Shown: in pieces, positions 1 to 15,379 of the stretch
How positions within the stretch are numbered: the first letter of the stretch is position 1
How the letters are laid out: each line of letters starts with the position of its first letter
DNA from: Eledone cirrhosa
Taxonomy: Eukaryota
Assembly (NCBI GenBank): GCA_964016885.1
Contig: OZ024752.1
Coordinates: 14,942,001 to 15,006,000, forward strand
Length of the DNA: 64,000 nucleotides
Direction: 5' to 3'
Program-made: the position numbers and the translations under genes
Notes under the pieces: generated by a model
The model's input: the letters and a program-made list of their open reading frames with translations, nothing else
Told to the model about the DNA's origin: nothing
Database searches by the model: none

Positions 1-185
1 AAAGTTGCTTTTCATTTATGAGCTTCCGAAATTATTTTTAGAATGCGTTAATTAACAGAATTTAGACAATTTTCTTTCAAATCCAGGGAAAACTAATTAG
101 GGATTTCACTGGATGTTTCAAATAACGTTAATGGAATCCGTAAAAAACTTGTCAACGACAATATTATATAATTTTGAAAGGATTA

Positions 186-651
186 TATACACATATGATA
201 TACAAACACACACATATACACATAATCATATACACACACACACATATATATACACTCATATACACACACACACACTCATATACACACACACATACACATA
301 TATATATACACTCATATATATACACACACACATATATATACACTCATATACACACACACTTATATATTTATATATATACATACACACACTACGCAACACA
401 CACACACATATATATATACACACAACACACTCATACATACACACACACACATACACACAACACACACACATACAAAGACACACACACACATACAAAGACA
501 CACACACACCCAGACATGGATGGCTGGAACAGATAAAAGAATAAAAAAGTATATATAAACCACACACACACACACACATATACGGTCACATATATAAACA
601 CACATGGATGGCTGGATCAGGTAAAACAGTAAAAGAGGTATATATATCCAT

Positions 652-682
<31 letters not shown>

Positions 683-695
683 TATACATATATAA
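186..695. repeat. (CA)n/(TA)n mixed microsatellite
   Basis: Visible CA/TA dinucleotide runs, with a short duplicated motif acatggatggctgga at about 514 and 602. Confidence 0.95.
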
Positions 696-697
696 AG

Positions 698-1154
698 ACC
701 TGAAAATCCGCCTCTTCATTGCTGTAGTGGAGTCTGTGCTGCTGTACGGGTCTGAGACTTGGACACTGACCAAGAAACTCACTCAGATGGTGGATGGGTG
801 CTACACGAGAATGCTGAGGATGGCTCTGAACATTAATCAGTATACACTGAGGATGAAAAAACTCAGAGCTGTATGGGAGCCTCCCAAAAGTCAGCTCATA
901 AGTGACACAGAGGAGATTGAGGTTAACTGGACATGCTCATCGACATCCAGAGTTGATACTGCACCCAGTGCTCCTGTGGGAGCCCCTACATGGACACACT
1001 GGAAGAGGAAGACCAAGGTTAACGTATGTTGATGCCTTATGGACAGACACTGGTCTATTGGAGACGCAGGACATGGCAGTGATAATGAGGGACAGAGACC
1101 GCTGGAGAGAACTCGTCCATGGATCTCGGGAATTTTACCTGCCCTAGAAAAAAA
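698..1154 (+). mobile_element. 5'-truncated RTE-type LINE, 3' end of RT ORF (frameshifted)
   Basis: Translates LKIRLFIAVVESVLLYGSETWTLT...CYTRMLR and RRLRLTGHAHRH...GRGRPRLTYVD...DRDRWR, typical RTE C-terminal motifs. Followed by a short poly-A. Confidence 0.85.
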
Positions 1155-1346
1155 TATGTATTTGTGAGTGTCTGTGTCTGTTAGTTTTAGTTTATATAAG
1201 ACGCTAATAAACTAAACAGAGACTCTCAATTCTTCATCTCACACATGTATCCTCATAATTCCCAACTCAGCTTTGTTAAAAATAAGTTGTCATCAACCAT
1301 TCCGGATATAATAACTCATTATTATAAAATATTTTATATTTTTTAA

Positions 1347-1539
1347 GGGCGGTGGATTGGCAGTATTGGTAGAGGGTCGGACGCCATGCTTTGACGCATT
1401 GAGTTACGGCCCTTGCCATTCTGAGTTCAAATGCCACCGAGGTTAACTTTGCCTTTCATCCTTACGGGGTTGATAAAATAAAGTACCAGTAATGTACTGG
1501 GATAATTGCTGGCCTTGTGCCAAAAGTAGAAACAATTAT
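1347..1539 (+). mobile_element. tRNA-derived SINE (family A)
   Basis: Head ggcggtggattggcagtattggtag, B-box-like gagttcaaatgcc, body gcctttcatccttacggggttgataaaataaagtaccagt. At least 9 related copies occur in the window. Confidence 0.85.
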
Positions 1540-2004
1540 ACAATATTTTTGAATATCCGTACGTTCTAAGTTATGATTTGCTGGCAATTAGTCAGCACCA
1601 TGACCGACTTGTGGGCGACTAAATCGGCTCCCCCACTAGAATCTGATCTGATGAGGTGGATAAGTGGAACCCCAGCCGCATTAAATGAACAAGAGCTGTT
1701 AAACCAGCCGATGAATTGATGAGAGTCAACGCCCATCCACCAGAACTATTGTCTAAATAACCTTACTATCCCACAATTGGCCAAGCGTGGTAAGTAAGGT
1801 TACACCCCTGACATGAGCAAAACCAAATAGAAAGCAGTAGTCAAATGTGTTACGGTTTACATTACATCCATTCGCAAGGTTGCACAAGCAAGCGAACCGG
1901 TACACACACATGCGAACATTGCACCCCACCCCCTCACACACACATAATCCCACTCAAAATGTACAAGATTTATCTGCCTTTCATTATATCTTCAATATCT
2001 AAGG

Positions 2005-2196
2005 AGGGAGATGGATTGGCAGTATCGGTAGAGGGTTGCAGGCCATACTTTGCAGCATAAGTTACGTCCCTTTACAGTCTGAGTTAAAATCCTGCCGAGG
2101 TTAACTTTGCCTTTCATCCTTCCGAGATCGATAAAATAAAGTATCAGTTATGGACTGGGATAATTGCTGGCCTTGTGCCAAAAAGTAGAAAAACAT
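2005..2196 (+). mobile_element. tRNA-derived SINE (family A)
   Basis: Same head and body as 1347-1539. Confidence 0.85.
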
Positions 2197-2462
2197 ATTT
2201 TCAATATCTAAGATAGGCATTGACAAGTATTTCCCCCAAATCCCTGACACACTTGCTCTCCGTCTCTAAACATTATCCTTTTCTCTCATTCTCTCTATCT
2301 TGTATTTCTTCTTTTATTTCTCGTTCTATCTCCGATGAAAGGCTAGCGTCCAAAACATAAACACTCCTCCTTCTATTTTCAACCGTTAAATTAATATATT
2401 TTGCATTGTACTGTATTGCTTGCTTTATTTTGTCCGTTTACTTTCCGCATATTTATATGTGT

Positions 2463-4710
2463 CTGTACTTACTTGTATTTGTACTTGTGTTGACATTCAC
2501 CCTGGACGGGTTGAGCCGGCTTCTTCCCTTGTCCTGACGGCATCCCGAACCATAGCAGCCCACGCACGACGGTCCCGGGCTAGGTAACTGGAGATAGCGA
2601 GCCAGTCACGGTTCCATCGGCGCAGGCCGACCACCTGCAGACCTGAGATTTCGGAGTGGTCCTCCTTGATCGTCGTTACCCAGTTATGGAGCGGATCAGC
2701 TCACCCTCAGGGCACCGGGCTGCGTGACCAAACCATCTCAAGCCCCGTTGCAGAAGCACTGAAGGAAGGGGTCGAAGATTCAGGCGAAGACGAAGACTGG
2801 TGGTAGGTACCCGATCAATGCGTCGGCAGCGAAGAATGCGGCGGAGACAGTCATTGTCGAAGACCTCCAGCACTCGTTGCTCGACTAGCCTCATAGGCCA
2901 TGTTTCTCAGCCATAGAGGAGGATAGTGCGAACGACGGCCTGGTAGATTCACCCTTTGGTCGCCGAGGTGATCTCTCTTCTGTCCCACAGACACCGCTGG
3001 AGGCGCCCAGAAGCGGATTTGGCAGCACCTATGCGACGCTTGACCTCGGCTGCACCCTGTCCCGTTGGAACCACTGTTGAGCCCAGGTAAACGAAGGACT
3101 CCACACCCTCCAGGTTCAGGCCCTCGTGAGACATCGGCTGCAGGCATCAGGCGAGACCAGTGACGTCATGACCTTCGACTTGGCGGCATTGATTCGTAAA
3201 CCAACAGCGGCGGCTGCAGTATTCACCCTTTCGAGAGCACCTTGTACATCTGTTGTGTTAGCGCCCATCAGCACGATGTCATCCGCGTAGGCCAGGTCCG
3301 TCAGCACGACCCCTCTCCCGACCTCTATTCCCGGATAATCCCGGAGCGCTGTGTTGAGAGTGTAGTCAATGGCGTAGTTAAAGAGAGTTGGCGATAGCGC
3401 ACACCCCTGCCGAACACCAGTTCCAACATCGAACGACTCCGTCTCCCCACCATAGACCCTCACTCGGGCCCCAGTCTACCGGTAGTAGCCTTGTATGAGA
3501 CGAAGGATCTTCACTGGGATGCCGTCCGCCTGCATTATACGCCATAGGGCTTCCCGATATCCGACTCGAAGGTAGCCGCAAAGTCGATGAAGCAGAGGAC
3601 GGTAGACTGTTGATTTGCTCACCGTTGTCCCAGGACACGCCGGAAAATGAAGATTTGATCAACGCACCCCTTCCCCGGACGGAAGCCGCCCTGAGAAGGA
3701 CGGGTACGGACATCACGGATGGCCAGGAACCTCTTCAGCAGAAGAATTGCGACGGTTTTGGCAGCAACGCCAATTAAACTGATACCCCTGTAGTTGGAAC
3801 ATAGTTTCCTGTCGCCTTTTTTGAAGAAGGGCAGGAGAGTTGCCTCGCTCCAGTCACCAGGGAACCGCGCCGTCGACCACACCGAGGGGACGCCATCCAC
3901 GGTTGTTTGGAAATCGGCATAGAACTGCGTCTTGTCCGCATTGAGTGTGGGAGAATAGACGGCAATTACGCTGACGTTGGAGATTTGAACCTTCAATTGA
4001 ACCAGCGCGAGTCGGTGTGAGATCGGCTGCCACGCCAGCAGAGCCGCTTGCGCGACGGGGCTGAGCACTACAGCGACCCCGTGAAGGCTACTATTGTCAG
4101 TCACGCCACTATGGTACAAGTGGTAGGAGATGTCCTCGCCAGGAACTTTGATCTGAAGATGACCAACATCGGGAAGTCGAACTTCTGAAAGGCAAGCGAC
4201 ACTAACGCAGCACCTGTGCAGCGCCTTCATTGTAAGTGCCTGGACACCGTCGTCACGAAGTGTTCGGACGTTCCAGCACGCCGCCCTCAATTACTTCCTT
4301 CGTCCAAAGAGCGGGACTACTACGGGAGTAGTCTGTAGAGCCATAGCGGTAGGAGCGCTGTTGCTTTGCATTGCGTTCGTTGCCGGAAGGCAATTCGTAT
4401 TCATAGTTCGTATTTGAAGGATTCATGGAAGAAGTGTCATGGGAGTAGTGAATTCACAAGCGATCCCCAAAAAACCCGCATGTATATCACGAACGAGGGG
4501 AAAAAATGTCCTGTTTGCCGCAGATTCTCAACGGACGCAGGGACAGAAACGACCCGAAGCCGCCGGTTAACGGAACAAACACCTCTTGGATTTTCACCAG
4601 AGCCCCTTTTGCCGGGTTGCGGCCCTAATACCGCTGGGTATCAGACCAATGAGTCTTGGGTGGCCCTACCAGGAACCGAAGTTCCCGACGGCATAGACAT
4701 GACACTACCC
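2463..4710 (-). mobile_element. RTE-clade LINE, internally deleted and frameshifted
   Basis: APE start RAACWNVRTL, RT motifs FKKGDRKLCSNYRGISL, GVRQGCALSPTLFN and LAYADD, C-terminal LRWFGHAAR. The 3' tail is made of (caagta)-like repeats at about 2463-2490. Confidence 0.92.
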
Positions 4711-4734
4711 GTGTGTGTATGTGTGTGAATGAAT

Positions 4735-6465
4735 ACATGTATATATGCATGTATGAATGCAATGTATGTATCTAATGTATGTAATGTATATATCTAATAT
4801 ATGTTATGTATGTATGTTATGTATGTAATGTAATGTAATGTATGTATGTTATGTATGCATGTATGTTATGTATGTATGTTATGTATGATACGTATGTTAT
4901 GTATGTTATGTAATGTAATATATGTATGTTATGTATGTTATGTATGTATGTTATTTATGTTATGTATGTATGTTATGTATGCAACGTAAGTATGTATGTA
5001 AAGTATGTAATTAACGTATGTATGTATGCAACGTATGTATGTATGTAAAGTATGTTATGTATGTTATGTATGCAATCTATGTAATGTATGTATGTATGTT
5101 ATGTATGTATGTTATGTATGTATGTTATGTATGTTATGTATGTTATGTATGTTATGTATGTATTGTATGTATGGTATGTATGTTATCTATGTTATCTATG
5201 TTATGTATGTAATGTATGTAATGTATGTATGTTATGTATGTATGTTATGTATGTATGTTATGTATGTATTGTATGTATTGTATCTATGTTATGTATGTTA
5301 TGTATGTAATGTATGTAATGTATGTAATGTATGTCTGTATGTAATGCATGTTATGTATGTTATGTATGTTATGTATGTATTGTATGTATGGTATGTATGT
5401 TATCTATGTTATGTATGTTATGTATGCAATCTATGTAATGTATGTATGTATGTTATGTATGTATGTTATGTATGTATGTTATGTATGTTATGTATGTAGT
5501 GTATGTATGTATCTATGTTATGTATGTTATGTATGTATGTTATGTATGTATGTTATGTATGTTATGTATGTAGTGTATGTATTGTATCTATGTTATGTAT
5601 GTTATGTATGTAATGTATGTAATGTATGTAATGTATGTCTGTATGTAATGCATGTTATGTATGTTATGTATGTATGTATGTAATGTATGTAATGTATGTT
5701 ATGTATGTAATGTATGTTATGTATGTTATGTATGTATGTATGTTATGTATATAATGTATGTATGTATGTAATGTTATGTATGTAATGTATGTTATGTATG
5801 TAATGCATGTAATGTATGTATGTATGTAATGTATGTTATGTATGTTATGTATGTTATGTATGTAATGTATGTAATGTATGTTATATATGTAATGTATGTA
5901 ATGTATGTTATGTATGTTATGTATGTATGTATGTAATGTTATGTATGTAATGTATGTTATGTATGTAATGTATGTAATGTATGTATGTATGTATGTAATG
6001 TATGTAATGTATGTTATGTATGTAATGTATGTTATGTATGTTATGTATGTTATCTATGTTATGTATGTAATGTATGTTATGTATGTTATGTAATGTATGT
6101 TATGTATGTTATGTATGTAATGTATGTTATGTATGTTATGTATGTAATGTATGTTATGTATGTTATGTATATAATGTATGTTATGTATGTTATGTAATGT
6201 ATGTTATGTATGTTATGTATGTTATCTATGTTATGTATGTAATGTATGTTATGTATGTAATGTATGTAATGTATGTATGTATGTATGTAATGTATGTAAT
6301 GTATGTTATGTATGTAATGTATGTTATGTATGTTATGTATGTTATCTATGTTATGTATGTAATGTATGTTACGTATGTTATGTAATGTATGTTATGTATG
6401 TAATGTATGTAATGTATGTAATGTATGTTATGTATGTATGTAATGTTATGTATGTTATGTATGTG
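4735..6465. repeat. (TATG)n/(ATGTTATGT)n simple satellite
   Basis: Degenerate 4/5/9-bp units over about 1.7 kb. Confidence 0.95.
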
Positions 6466-7077
6466 AGACCAGTGGTTGACTCCCAGGCTGCTGTTGGAGT
6501 TGCTACTCATCATGCTTGCCAAGCATGTGGTAGGGAATGTAAATCCGCAGAAGGGATCAAGCGACATGCAAAAGTACATGAACTCCAACCACAGCCGGCT
6601 ATTCCCAGTGAATGTTTTCGTTGCCGACGCTGTGCAAGACATTTTAAATCATTGGTTCTCAACGGTGGGCCAAAGGCCCACTCAGTGGACCCGGGACTAT
6701 TTTGAGTGGGCCCGGAGAAATTTCAGTGGGCCTGGAAATTATTTCAGACTTTCTTGGAACTTAAGATCACACAACATTTAAATGCAGTCGGGATCATATG
6801 GGGGAAAGTGTTCTAGAATGTTCTTTGGGCACTGACCCTGGCAATTTCTGGGGAGTAAAGTGGGCCGGGTAACAAAAACATTGAGAAGCACTAGTATATA
6901 TATCATGCGGGGTTATAGTCCGGAATAGTTTTTGAGCACTAGTTTACGCTTGTAAAATAAGTGGGCCCGGACATTTTTTGGGAGCGAAAAGTGGGCCTGG
7001 GGGTCAAAAAGGTTGAGAAACCCTGTTTTAGATCATTGGCTGGGCTAAAATCCCACATTCGATCGCAGCGCTGTTAA
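6466..7077 (+). pseudogene. Two-C2H2-zinc-finger fragment (probable RTE LINE C-terminus) interrupted by a MITE
   Basis: HACQACGRECKSAEGIKRHAKVH, then FRCRRCARHF, which resumes after the MITE as RSLAGLKSHIRSQRC*. Confidence 0.7.
6650..7025. mobile_element. hAT-type MITE
   Basis: Termini cattggttctcaac / gttgagaaaccctg. 8-bp TSD ttttaaat (6642-6649) / ttttagat (7026-7033). Internal gtgggccc subterminal repeats and an internal second end at about 6881-6893. Confidence 0.85.
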
Positions 7078-7084
7078 TTGCTAT

Positions 7085-7125
7085 CGAGTGTGTGTGTATA
7101 TAGATATGTTTATGTGTGTGCGCGC

Positions 7126-7165
<40 letters not shown>

Positions 7166-7595
7166 TATCATTGTTGTTGTTGCTGTTGTTGTCGTTATTA
7201 TTATTGTTGTTATTATTATTATTATTACTGTTATTATTATTATGGGTTTTTTTCTCGTGCAATGGACATACTCGATAACGAGGGGGCAGCTATCATGTTA
7301 TGTATGTATGTTATGTATGTATGTAATGTATGTATGTACGTTATGTATGTAATGTATGTATGTTATGTATGTTATCTATGTATGTTTTGTATGTATGGTA
7401 TATATGTATGGTATGTATGTAATGTATGTATGTAATGTATGTATGTTATGTATGTATGGTATGTATGTAATGTATGTATGTTATGTATGTATGGTATGTA
7501 TGTATGTAATGTATGTTATGTATGTATGTTATATATGTTTTGTTATGTATGTAATGTATGTATGTAATATATGTTTGTTATGTATGTATGTATAT
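7085..7595. repeat. (TG)/(TA)/(TTA)/(TATG) microsatellites
   Basis: Visible simple repeats. Confidence 0.9.
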
Positions 7596-8342
7596 ACGTT
7601 CATATATTCGGTTGCGTGAGGGTGCTTTATTTTGCTTGGTGTTTGTCTTTGTAAATACAGGCACATATGTATTTTTTTTGTTTAAACAAGAAACTTTGTT
7701 TTTATTTCTCTTCTTTACCATTTAATTTTGGTATCTATATAATGCCAGTTCCTTTACTTCTTTAATGTTTCACTTCTTACGATTCATCTCCCCGCAGATA
7801 AGCTGCTCAAGATTTATGTTTCTCTTAGCGAAACCTCACTTGTGAAGCATTGGAATATATTTGTTTATTTATTTCTCTTCTTATTTCTAAATGTTGAGAT
7901 AACCGCATTCCTTCCCTCGTAAACAAAACATTTAAAGAACAATCTCTTTTAATTAAAACACAAACTTTTAACATGTTTCCTTTCGCCTCGTGAAAATGTT
8001 AAATATATATACACTAAAATAAAAATAAAATACCATTATAGATTGGCGCAATATGGAAAATTACTATGTCGTTTCCGATATTGAGTGCACCAGTTGTTCA
8101 TTTTAAGGGAACCGCCGGCTCACGAATCTAAGTCGTTCACCGATACGTTAAACTTGATCGTAATTATGGTAGATTCAGCCTGACAGAATGTGTGACATGG
8201 TTGTCTCTTTGATTTGGATGTACAGTTCATATGACGAACTCCGAAAAAATTTCCGTATGTAAAATTAAAATTCCAAGGACACGATGCTATGGTAAATGAC
8301 ACAAGCCTAAGAGGCTGCATATGGAATTAAACTCGGGATATA

Positions 8343-8675
8343 TAGTTGTAGTGGTACTCCGTCGGCTACGACAACGAGTATTCCTGTTGATACGATCAAT
8401 GGAACAGCCTGCTCGTGAAATTAATGTGCAAATGGCTAAGCCTTACACAAACATGCGTAACGTTAACGTAATTATCAGGGAGATTCAGCGGGATAAATAA
8501 TATGACATAGCTGGGCCTTCAAATTAGAGTAAAAACACATTTCTCCCAGCTGAGTTGAATAGAGCAACCTGAATTAAAGTGTCTTGCTCAAGGACACAAT
8601 GAGCCACCGGGAATCGAAATCATGACCTTATGACCCTGAGCCGAATACCCTAACCGCAAAGCCATGCGCCTTCAC
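8343..8675 (-). mobile_element. tRNA-derived SINE (family B), full length with TSD
   Basis: Minus-strand head gtgaaggcgcatggctttgcggttag...gatttcgattcc (A/B boxes), core tgtgtccttgagcaagacac. 14-bp TSD aaactcgggatata at 8329-8342 and 8676-8689. Confidence 0.9.
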
Positions 8676-9085
8676 AAACTCGGGATATAATTATTGTAAA
8701 AATACTTTGTAACTATTCACCAATGCCGCTCCGACCATACGAATCCTAATTTTGTCGTGATATGTTCGTTGCAATAAAATTAATGAAATCAGAAATCTCA
8801 TGTGAACCGAATATCAGTAATTATCACGAGTGTTTATGTGACCCGAGCGCTGTTTTCAATAAATTTCCTCAAATATTTAGAAAGTTCTGTTTGATGCTGA
8901 TTATATTGATATTTGAGAGATTAAGATGAACACGAAAAGATCACAATGGAGCGTTGAAAATTAAACAAAGAAATGCATTATATCCGTTTTAAATAATACT
9001 TCGCATTTCTAATTTTAATGAAAAGTAATCAGCTTTCATTTATATAGCGTTGTTTAGTATAGTTGGAGAATAAATATCATATAAT

Positions 9086-9267
9086 TGTTTCTACTTTTTG
9101 GCACAAGGCCAGCAATTACCCAGTGCATTACTGGTACTTTATTTTATCGACCCCGTAAGGATGAAAGGCAAAGTCAACCTCGGCGGGATTTGAACTCAGA
9201 TCGTAAAGGGACGTAACTATGCTGGAAAGCATGGCGTCCGACTCTCTACCGATACTGCCAATCCACC
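9086..9267 (-). mobile_element. SINE family A with 20-bp TSD
   Basis: Reverse complement of the family A body. TSD gagaataaatatcatataat at 9066-9085 and 9268-9287. Confidence 0.92.
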
Positions 9268-9544
9268 GAGAATAAATATCATATAATAATTACTCCTACC
9301 TCGATAATCCAATCCTAATTATCTTCCATATATTGGTTAATCTTTTCTGTGCAATCAATTCCCCCTCGTAGTAACGCAACTATAGTGAAGGATGTGAAAG
9401 AAAACAATGTATACGAATTTGCAAAGTTCAATTGAAAGGGGAAGTAATTAAGATGGAACAATTTTTAATCAGATGATATATATTTTATTCTAAGTGACGT
9501 TATGCCACTACTTTTGTTTCGTTTCGCAATAATGGTATTATTGA

Positions 9545-9712
9545 CCGACAGGACAACAAGATGGTTGGATAACATTCATGAGGTTGGCTGGTCTCGCTTG
9601 GGAATCCAGCCAAATCAGCAGAAGACGGTTGCTTCTGACAGGACCCACTGAAAGGAGTGTTTGAGGATTCTTCCCCCAAAACCCTCCAGGAAATAATGGG
9701 CGAAGAAGAAGA
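9545..9712 (+). mobile_element. Short RTE-like LINE 3' remnant
   Basis: caagatggttggataacat...atccagcc...gttgcttct is shared with 11145-11340 and 17985-18186. Ends in (gaa)n. Confidence 0.6.
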
Positions 9713-10308
9713 ATATTGATACTACTACAAACCTGTGAAACCAGATTTAATAAACATACCAGCATGGTATATCAGATACCTATCTTGAGGAACAAGATTT
9801 CAGCAAATATCTCCTAGTTGTATGTTGGAGAGAAAGAATAACTGTAAATCCTACTTGGAAAAACATTAAAAACAGTACACAGATTCAGTTGGAAAATTGG
9901 CATAACATTTGGTTTAGAATAACAACTGAAAGCAATTCAGAAGATTGAGAAACTAACAAAAATACTTGGATGAAAACATTTTAAAGCAAACAAGTAGGCA
10001 TTCTAAGTATATTAACTAATGCATATTTAGTTTTGTTTTGTAATCACATGCACTTGCGATTAAGAGTGAATGATTTCATACATATATTCTTGGATAGAAT
10101 GTGTGAATTTCGAGCAATAGCGATTAATCTTCAGGCATTTCAGGTCTTTCATGATGAAAAAGCATCAATGGATGTTACTCTTGAATCATAAAATGTTCCA
10201 ATGAAATTCAGTTTTTATAGTTATATATATTGAAACTACGGATTTAAAGATTTCTTCCTTAATCTCTTATAGTCCATTTGGTAAAAAGGCTTTTTATATT
10301 TCCTCTAG

Positions 10309-10350
10309 ATTTTATTTAACGATTGAGGAAGCAATGGGGACAATATTAAG
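10309..10350 (+). CDS. Candidate small host exon (FYLTIEEAMGTIL)
   Basis: Acceptor tatttcctctag, donor AAG|gtaaat, open frame, phase-compatible with 17372-17507. Confidence 0.35.
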
Positions 10351-10752
10351 GTAAATAGAGAAAAAATATTAGAAATATTATAGTGAAAAAATATACAGAA
10401 ATGTGTTATTCACAACTGGAAATAGCGTAAACAGTAAAACTTTGCAAATGGTGACAGGTTTTTACACACACTATCTCGTACTCGAAATACATACACTATG
10501 AGATTCTCGAAATACACATAAGGAGACATAGCAATTTTATGTGAACATTTTAACCACAGATTTATAGATGGCGTACATGAAATGGAATTATATCAAAGCA
10601 AAGATTTCATATTCAGGTTTTATCTTGGAGGAAATAACCACATCTCACACACTATGAAAGGTTTAACGTTGCCATATTTGAAAGCTAGATAAATGACAGA
10701 AAAATATAAATATTTCCTTTAATTTCACTAAAACTTAACTACACTTTAATAA

Positions 10753-10960
10753 TGGTTTCTTATATAAGCACAAGGCCAGCAATTTTGGGGGCGGGAAAAT
10801 TCGATGTAATCGACCGCAGCGCGTGACTGGTACTTTATTTTATCGACCCCATAAGGATGAAAGGCAAATTTATCCTCGGCGGGATTTGAACTCATGAAGG
10901 GCAATAACTCTATGCTGGCAAGCATGGTGTCTGACGCTCTACCGATGGTGCCAATCTACC
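10753..10960 (-). mobile_element. SINE family A
   Basis: ctggtactttattttatcgaccccataaggatgaaaggc...gggatttgaactc. Confidence 0.85.
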
Positions 10961-11144
10961 ACTCTCTTTCATAATAATGATGTTTAGTAGTAGTTTTTAA
11001 TAAATATGTCTAGCAGTTGCTTGGAATGCATTACACATTTTCCATCAACATTTTCCATGCATCATTCTAAAATCAATATGTTATTCAATAAGAGTTCATA
11101 GCTCGAAGATAAGAGAGCGACTCCAGGTAGAGGCGTTACTTCTC

Positions 11145-11340
11145 CAAAGTGAGAGATCACAGCTCCGATACTATAGGCATGTGGTTAGAATGTTTCAGGA
11201 AAGAATCGCTGGGCAAATTTTGCAGGCAAAACCAACCGATCCAGGAAACACCATGAGCAAGATAGTTGTATAACATCCATGGATGGTCTTACTAACCGAA
11301 TCATTTGGAGACGGTTGGTTCTGGTGGAATGGATCTGTAA
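11145..11340 (+). mobile_element. RTE-like LINE 3' remnant
   Basis: gagatcacagctccgatactataggcatgtggttagaatg (LRYY-HVVRM-like), homologous to 17985-18186. Confidence 0.65.
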
Positions 11341-11566
11341 AAAACACTTGGAGAATAGGTGCTCCTCTTATGTGAGTGTATAGAGTTTTCATGTGATGTT
11401 TTCTTAAATTACAAGAGCCGGAACACATTAGTAAAGAGCTGATATTGTGTTTTCGCCTGGAGACGTAGACTAGTTCTAAAATGTCAGAATTTAAAAGTGT
11501 GCTTTTGTGAATCTCCTCATATTACATCCATTTCAGAACGCTAAATAGGTTGTTTTACGTAAATAA

Positions 11567-11688
11567 TTGTTTCTACAGCAATTACCCAGTACATTATTGG
11601 ACCTTTATTTTATCGATCCCGTAAGGATGAAAGTTAACCTCGTAGGGATTTGAACTCAGACCATAAAGGGATGTAACTCTTTGCTGCA
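11567..11688 (-). mobile_element. SINE family A, partial
   Basis: ctttattttatcgatcccgtaaggatgaaag...gatttgaactcag. Confidence 0.75.
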
Positions 11689-12665
11689 TAGATGTGTTAT
11701 CTGTTTATTGTGCAATTCATGAGCTTTATTTATAATTGTTTTATCTGTTTATTGTGCAATTCATAAGCTTTATATATAATTTGAAATACGGAACATACTC
11801 CACATTTATAACAAAACCAGTTCTATATTTTAATTTGATAACATTACACACATTTCGTGACTTTGGTACGACAGTGTCGATATAAAAATGACGAGGGGCA
11901 TAGATTATACCCCATATTGTAGGTGATATGGAATGGATGCAACAGAGTAAATTTGTAGATATCGTGCTAATTCAGTTTTAGAATTACGGTGATTTAAAAT
12001 ACAGGGGATTTGCTAGCACCAAAATCACACATGTGGTTCTAAAAAGTGTCCGCATGTTGCCGTGCATCATCTCCTAGTCATCAATATTAGAGTTGAAGAA
12101 CGACGATCCATCTTCAACTGTGAGTGAAATTCCTTTGTAACTGGTCACCCTATGCATTTTAAAGATGGATTGCTTGCAGTCTTTAAGTAGCGAACCGAAA
12201 TATCAATGCTCAAATTTAACTGTGCAGAAGATATATTTCCAATCAGAAATGCTATTTCCAGAATAGAAAGCCGATCCTAGGATTCACTAGTTCATCAGCT
12301 CAAGTGGAGACGAAAACTGAACACAAACAACAACAACAACAAAAATCAATCGGCTAAAAATATCAGGAGTGAATATCAGTTAACAAATAGGAGACTGTTT
12401 AAGATCGACAGAGATTTAGGAAAATCTACGTTTAATGAAATTTTGGGAAATCATTATTAACTATTTATATATTTAGCGGAAAGAGAAAATCCAATATTTA
12501 ATTAGAAACAAAGATCATTAATTCATTTGAAGAAAACAGCTTATTTATCGTAACTGAATTACTGAAATAAGATGTGTTTGTGATACATACAGAGTTTCCT
12601 TTACTTTGCTAGTAAATAAATCATTATTCGAGATAAGATCTATTCAATGTATGCCACACACAAGC

Positions 12666-14237
<1,572 letters not shown>

Positions 14238-14517
14238 ATGAAGTTGATGTTTATTACGGTATGTCGAAGTTGATGTTTATTACGGTATGTCGAATATATT
14301 TATCTATAAAACTGTTTATATTTTATTTTGTCTGATGAAGGCATAGCATATTGTTAATATGATATCCCCGAAATATATATAATGAAATAAATATGGTTTT
14401 ATAAATATAGTTTTCCATTTATTTAATATTGTAAATATACTCCAAATATTTGTCGAGTGCTTTTATATCAGTTATAAATATTTACTAGTTGTAACCCAAC
14501 AATTTTAAATATAACTT

Positions 14518-14521
<4 letters not shown>
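14238..14521 (+). mobile_element. PLE-type terminal repeat fragment (family B) with hammerhead motif
   Basis: Homologous to 26462-26690 (-) and 38850-39100 (+). Core CTGATGA at 14332-14338, hairpin catatt-gtt-aatatg, GAAA at 14370-14373. Flanked by (TA)n. Confidence 0.75.
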
Positions 14522-14567
<46 letters not shown>

Positions 14568-14600
14568 TGTATATGAATGTGTATATATATATATGTATGT

Positions 14601-14693
<93 letters not shown>

Positions 14694-15379
14694 TCGGTAG
14701 TATCATTGTGAACATTTCGAGATTAGTCAGAAAATATATTTAGTCGGCTTAAACGAATTTGTTGTATGATTGGAGATGTTTTTCCTTATTCGATTCACAG
14801 TCAAAGAGCAACCCACCCATATGCACACACGCACCTATACACACACACACATACACACATAAACTACTTATAATCATATATAAATACATACATATAAGCA
14901 TACATACATAAATACATACATATATGCATACATACATACAAACATATATACATTCATATATGATACCTTCTCACATACATACACACACATGCATACATAA
15001 AATACAATACATATATAAATATATTCATACATACATATGTGCATACATACAGACAAATATAGATGCATACGTTTATACGTACATTCATACATACATACAT
15101 AAAATGCATCCAGAGCTACATAGCTATATCTACATACATACTTAATATAATTAATTATTTCGACCTATGAACGTGATTTATTAAAAATAAACATTCGTTT
15201 ATAGTATATTCATATCAGTGCTACATTTTTGTATCGACGAGAACTTAACCCCATACCATGACTTTATATGTTTGTGATCTTATCGTCACAGTAAACTGAT
15301 ATGTTCCCTGACCAAACATGCTGCGTGTTGCGTGTTGCCTGAGTATATTTGGAAAGGCAGTATCAGTCATTCTCATGGA

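Noticed and set aside
1347-1445. tRNA genes in SINE heads
   Set aside because: Only degenerate A/B boxes, no cloverleaf, and they are attached to the SINE body.
2325-2365. Hammerhead-like ccgatga-aaggctagcgtcc-aaaacata
   Set aside because: Both core halves are mutated (CCGAUGA, AAAA) and there is no clear stem I. At most a dead relic.
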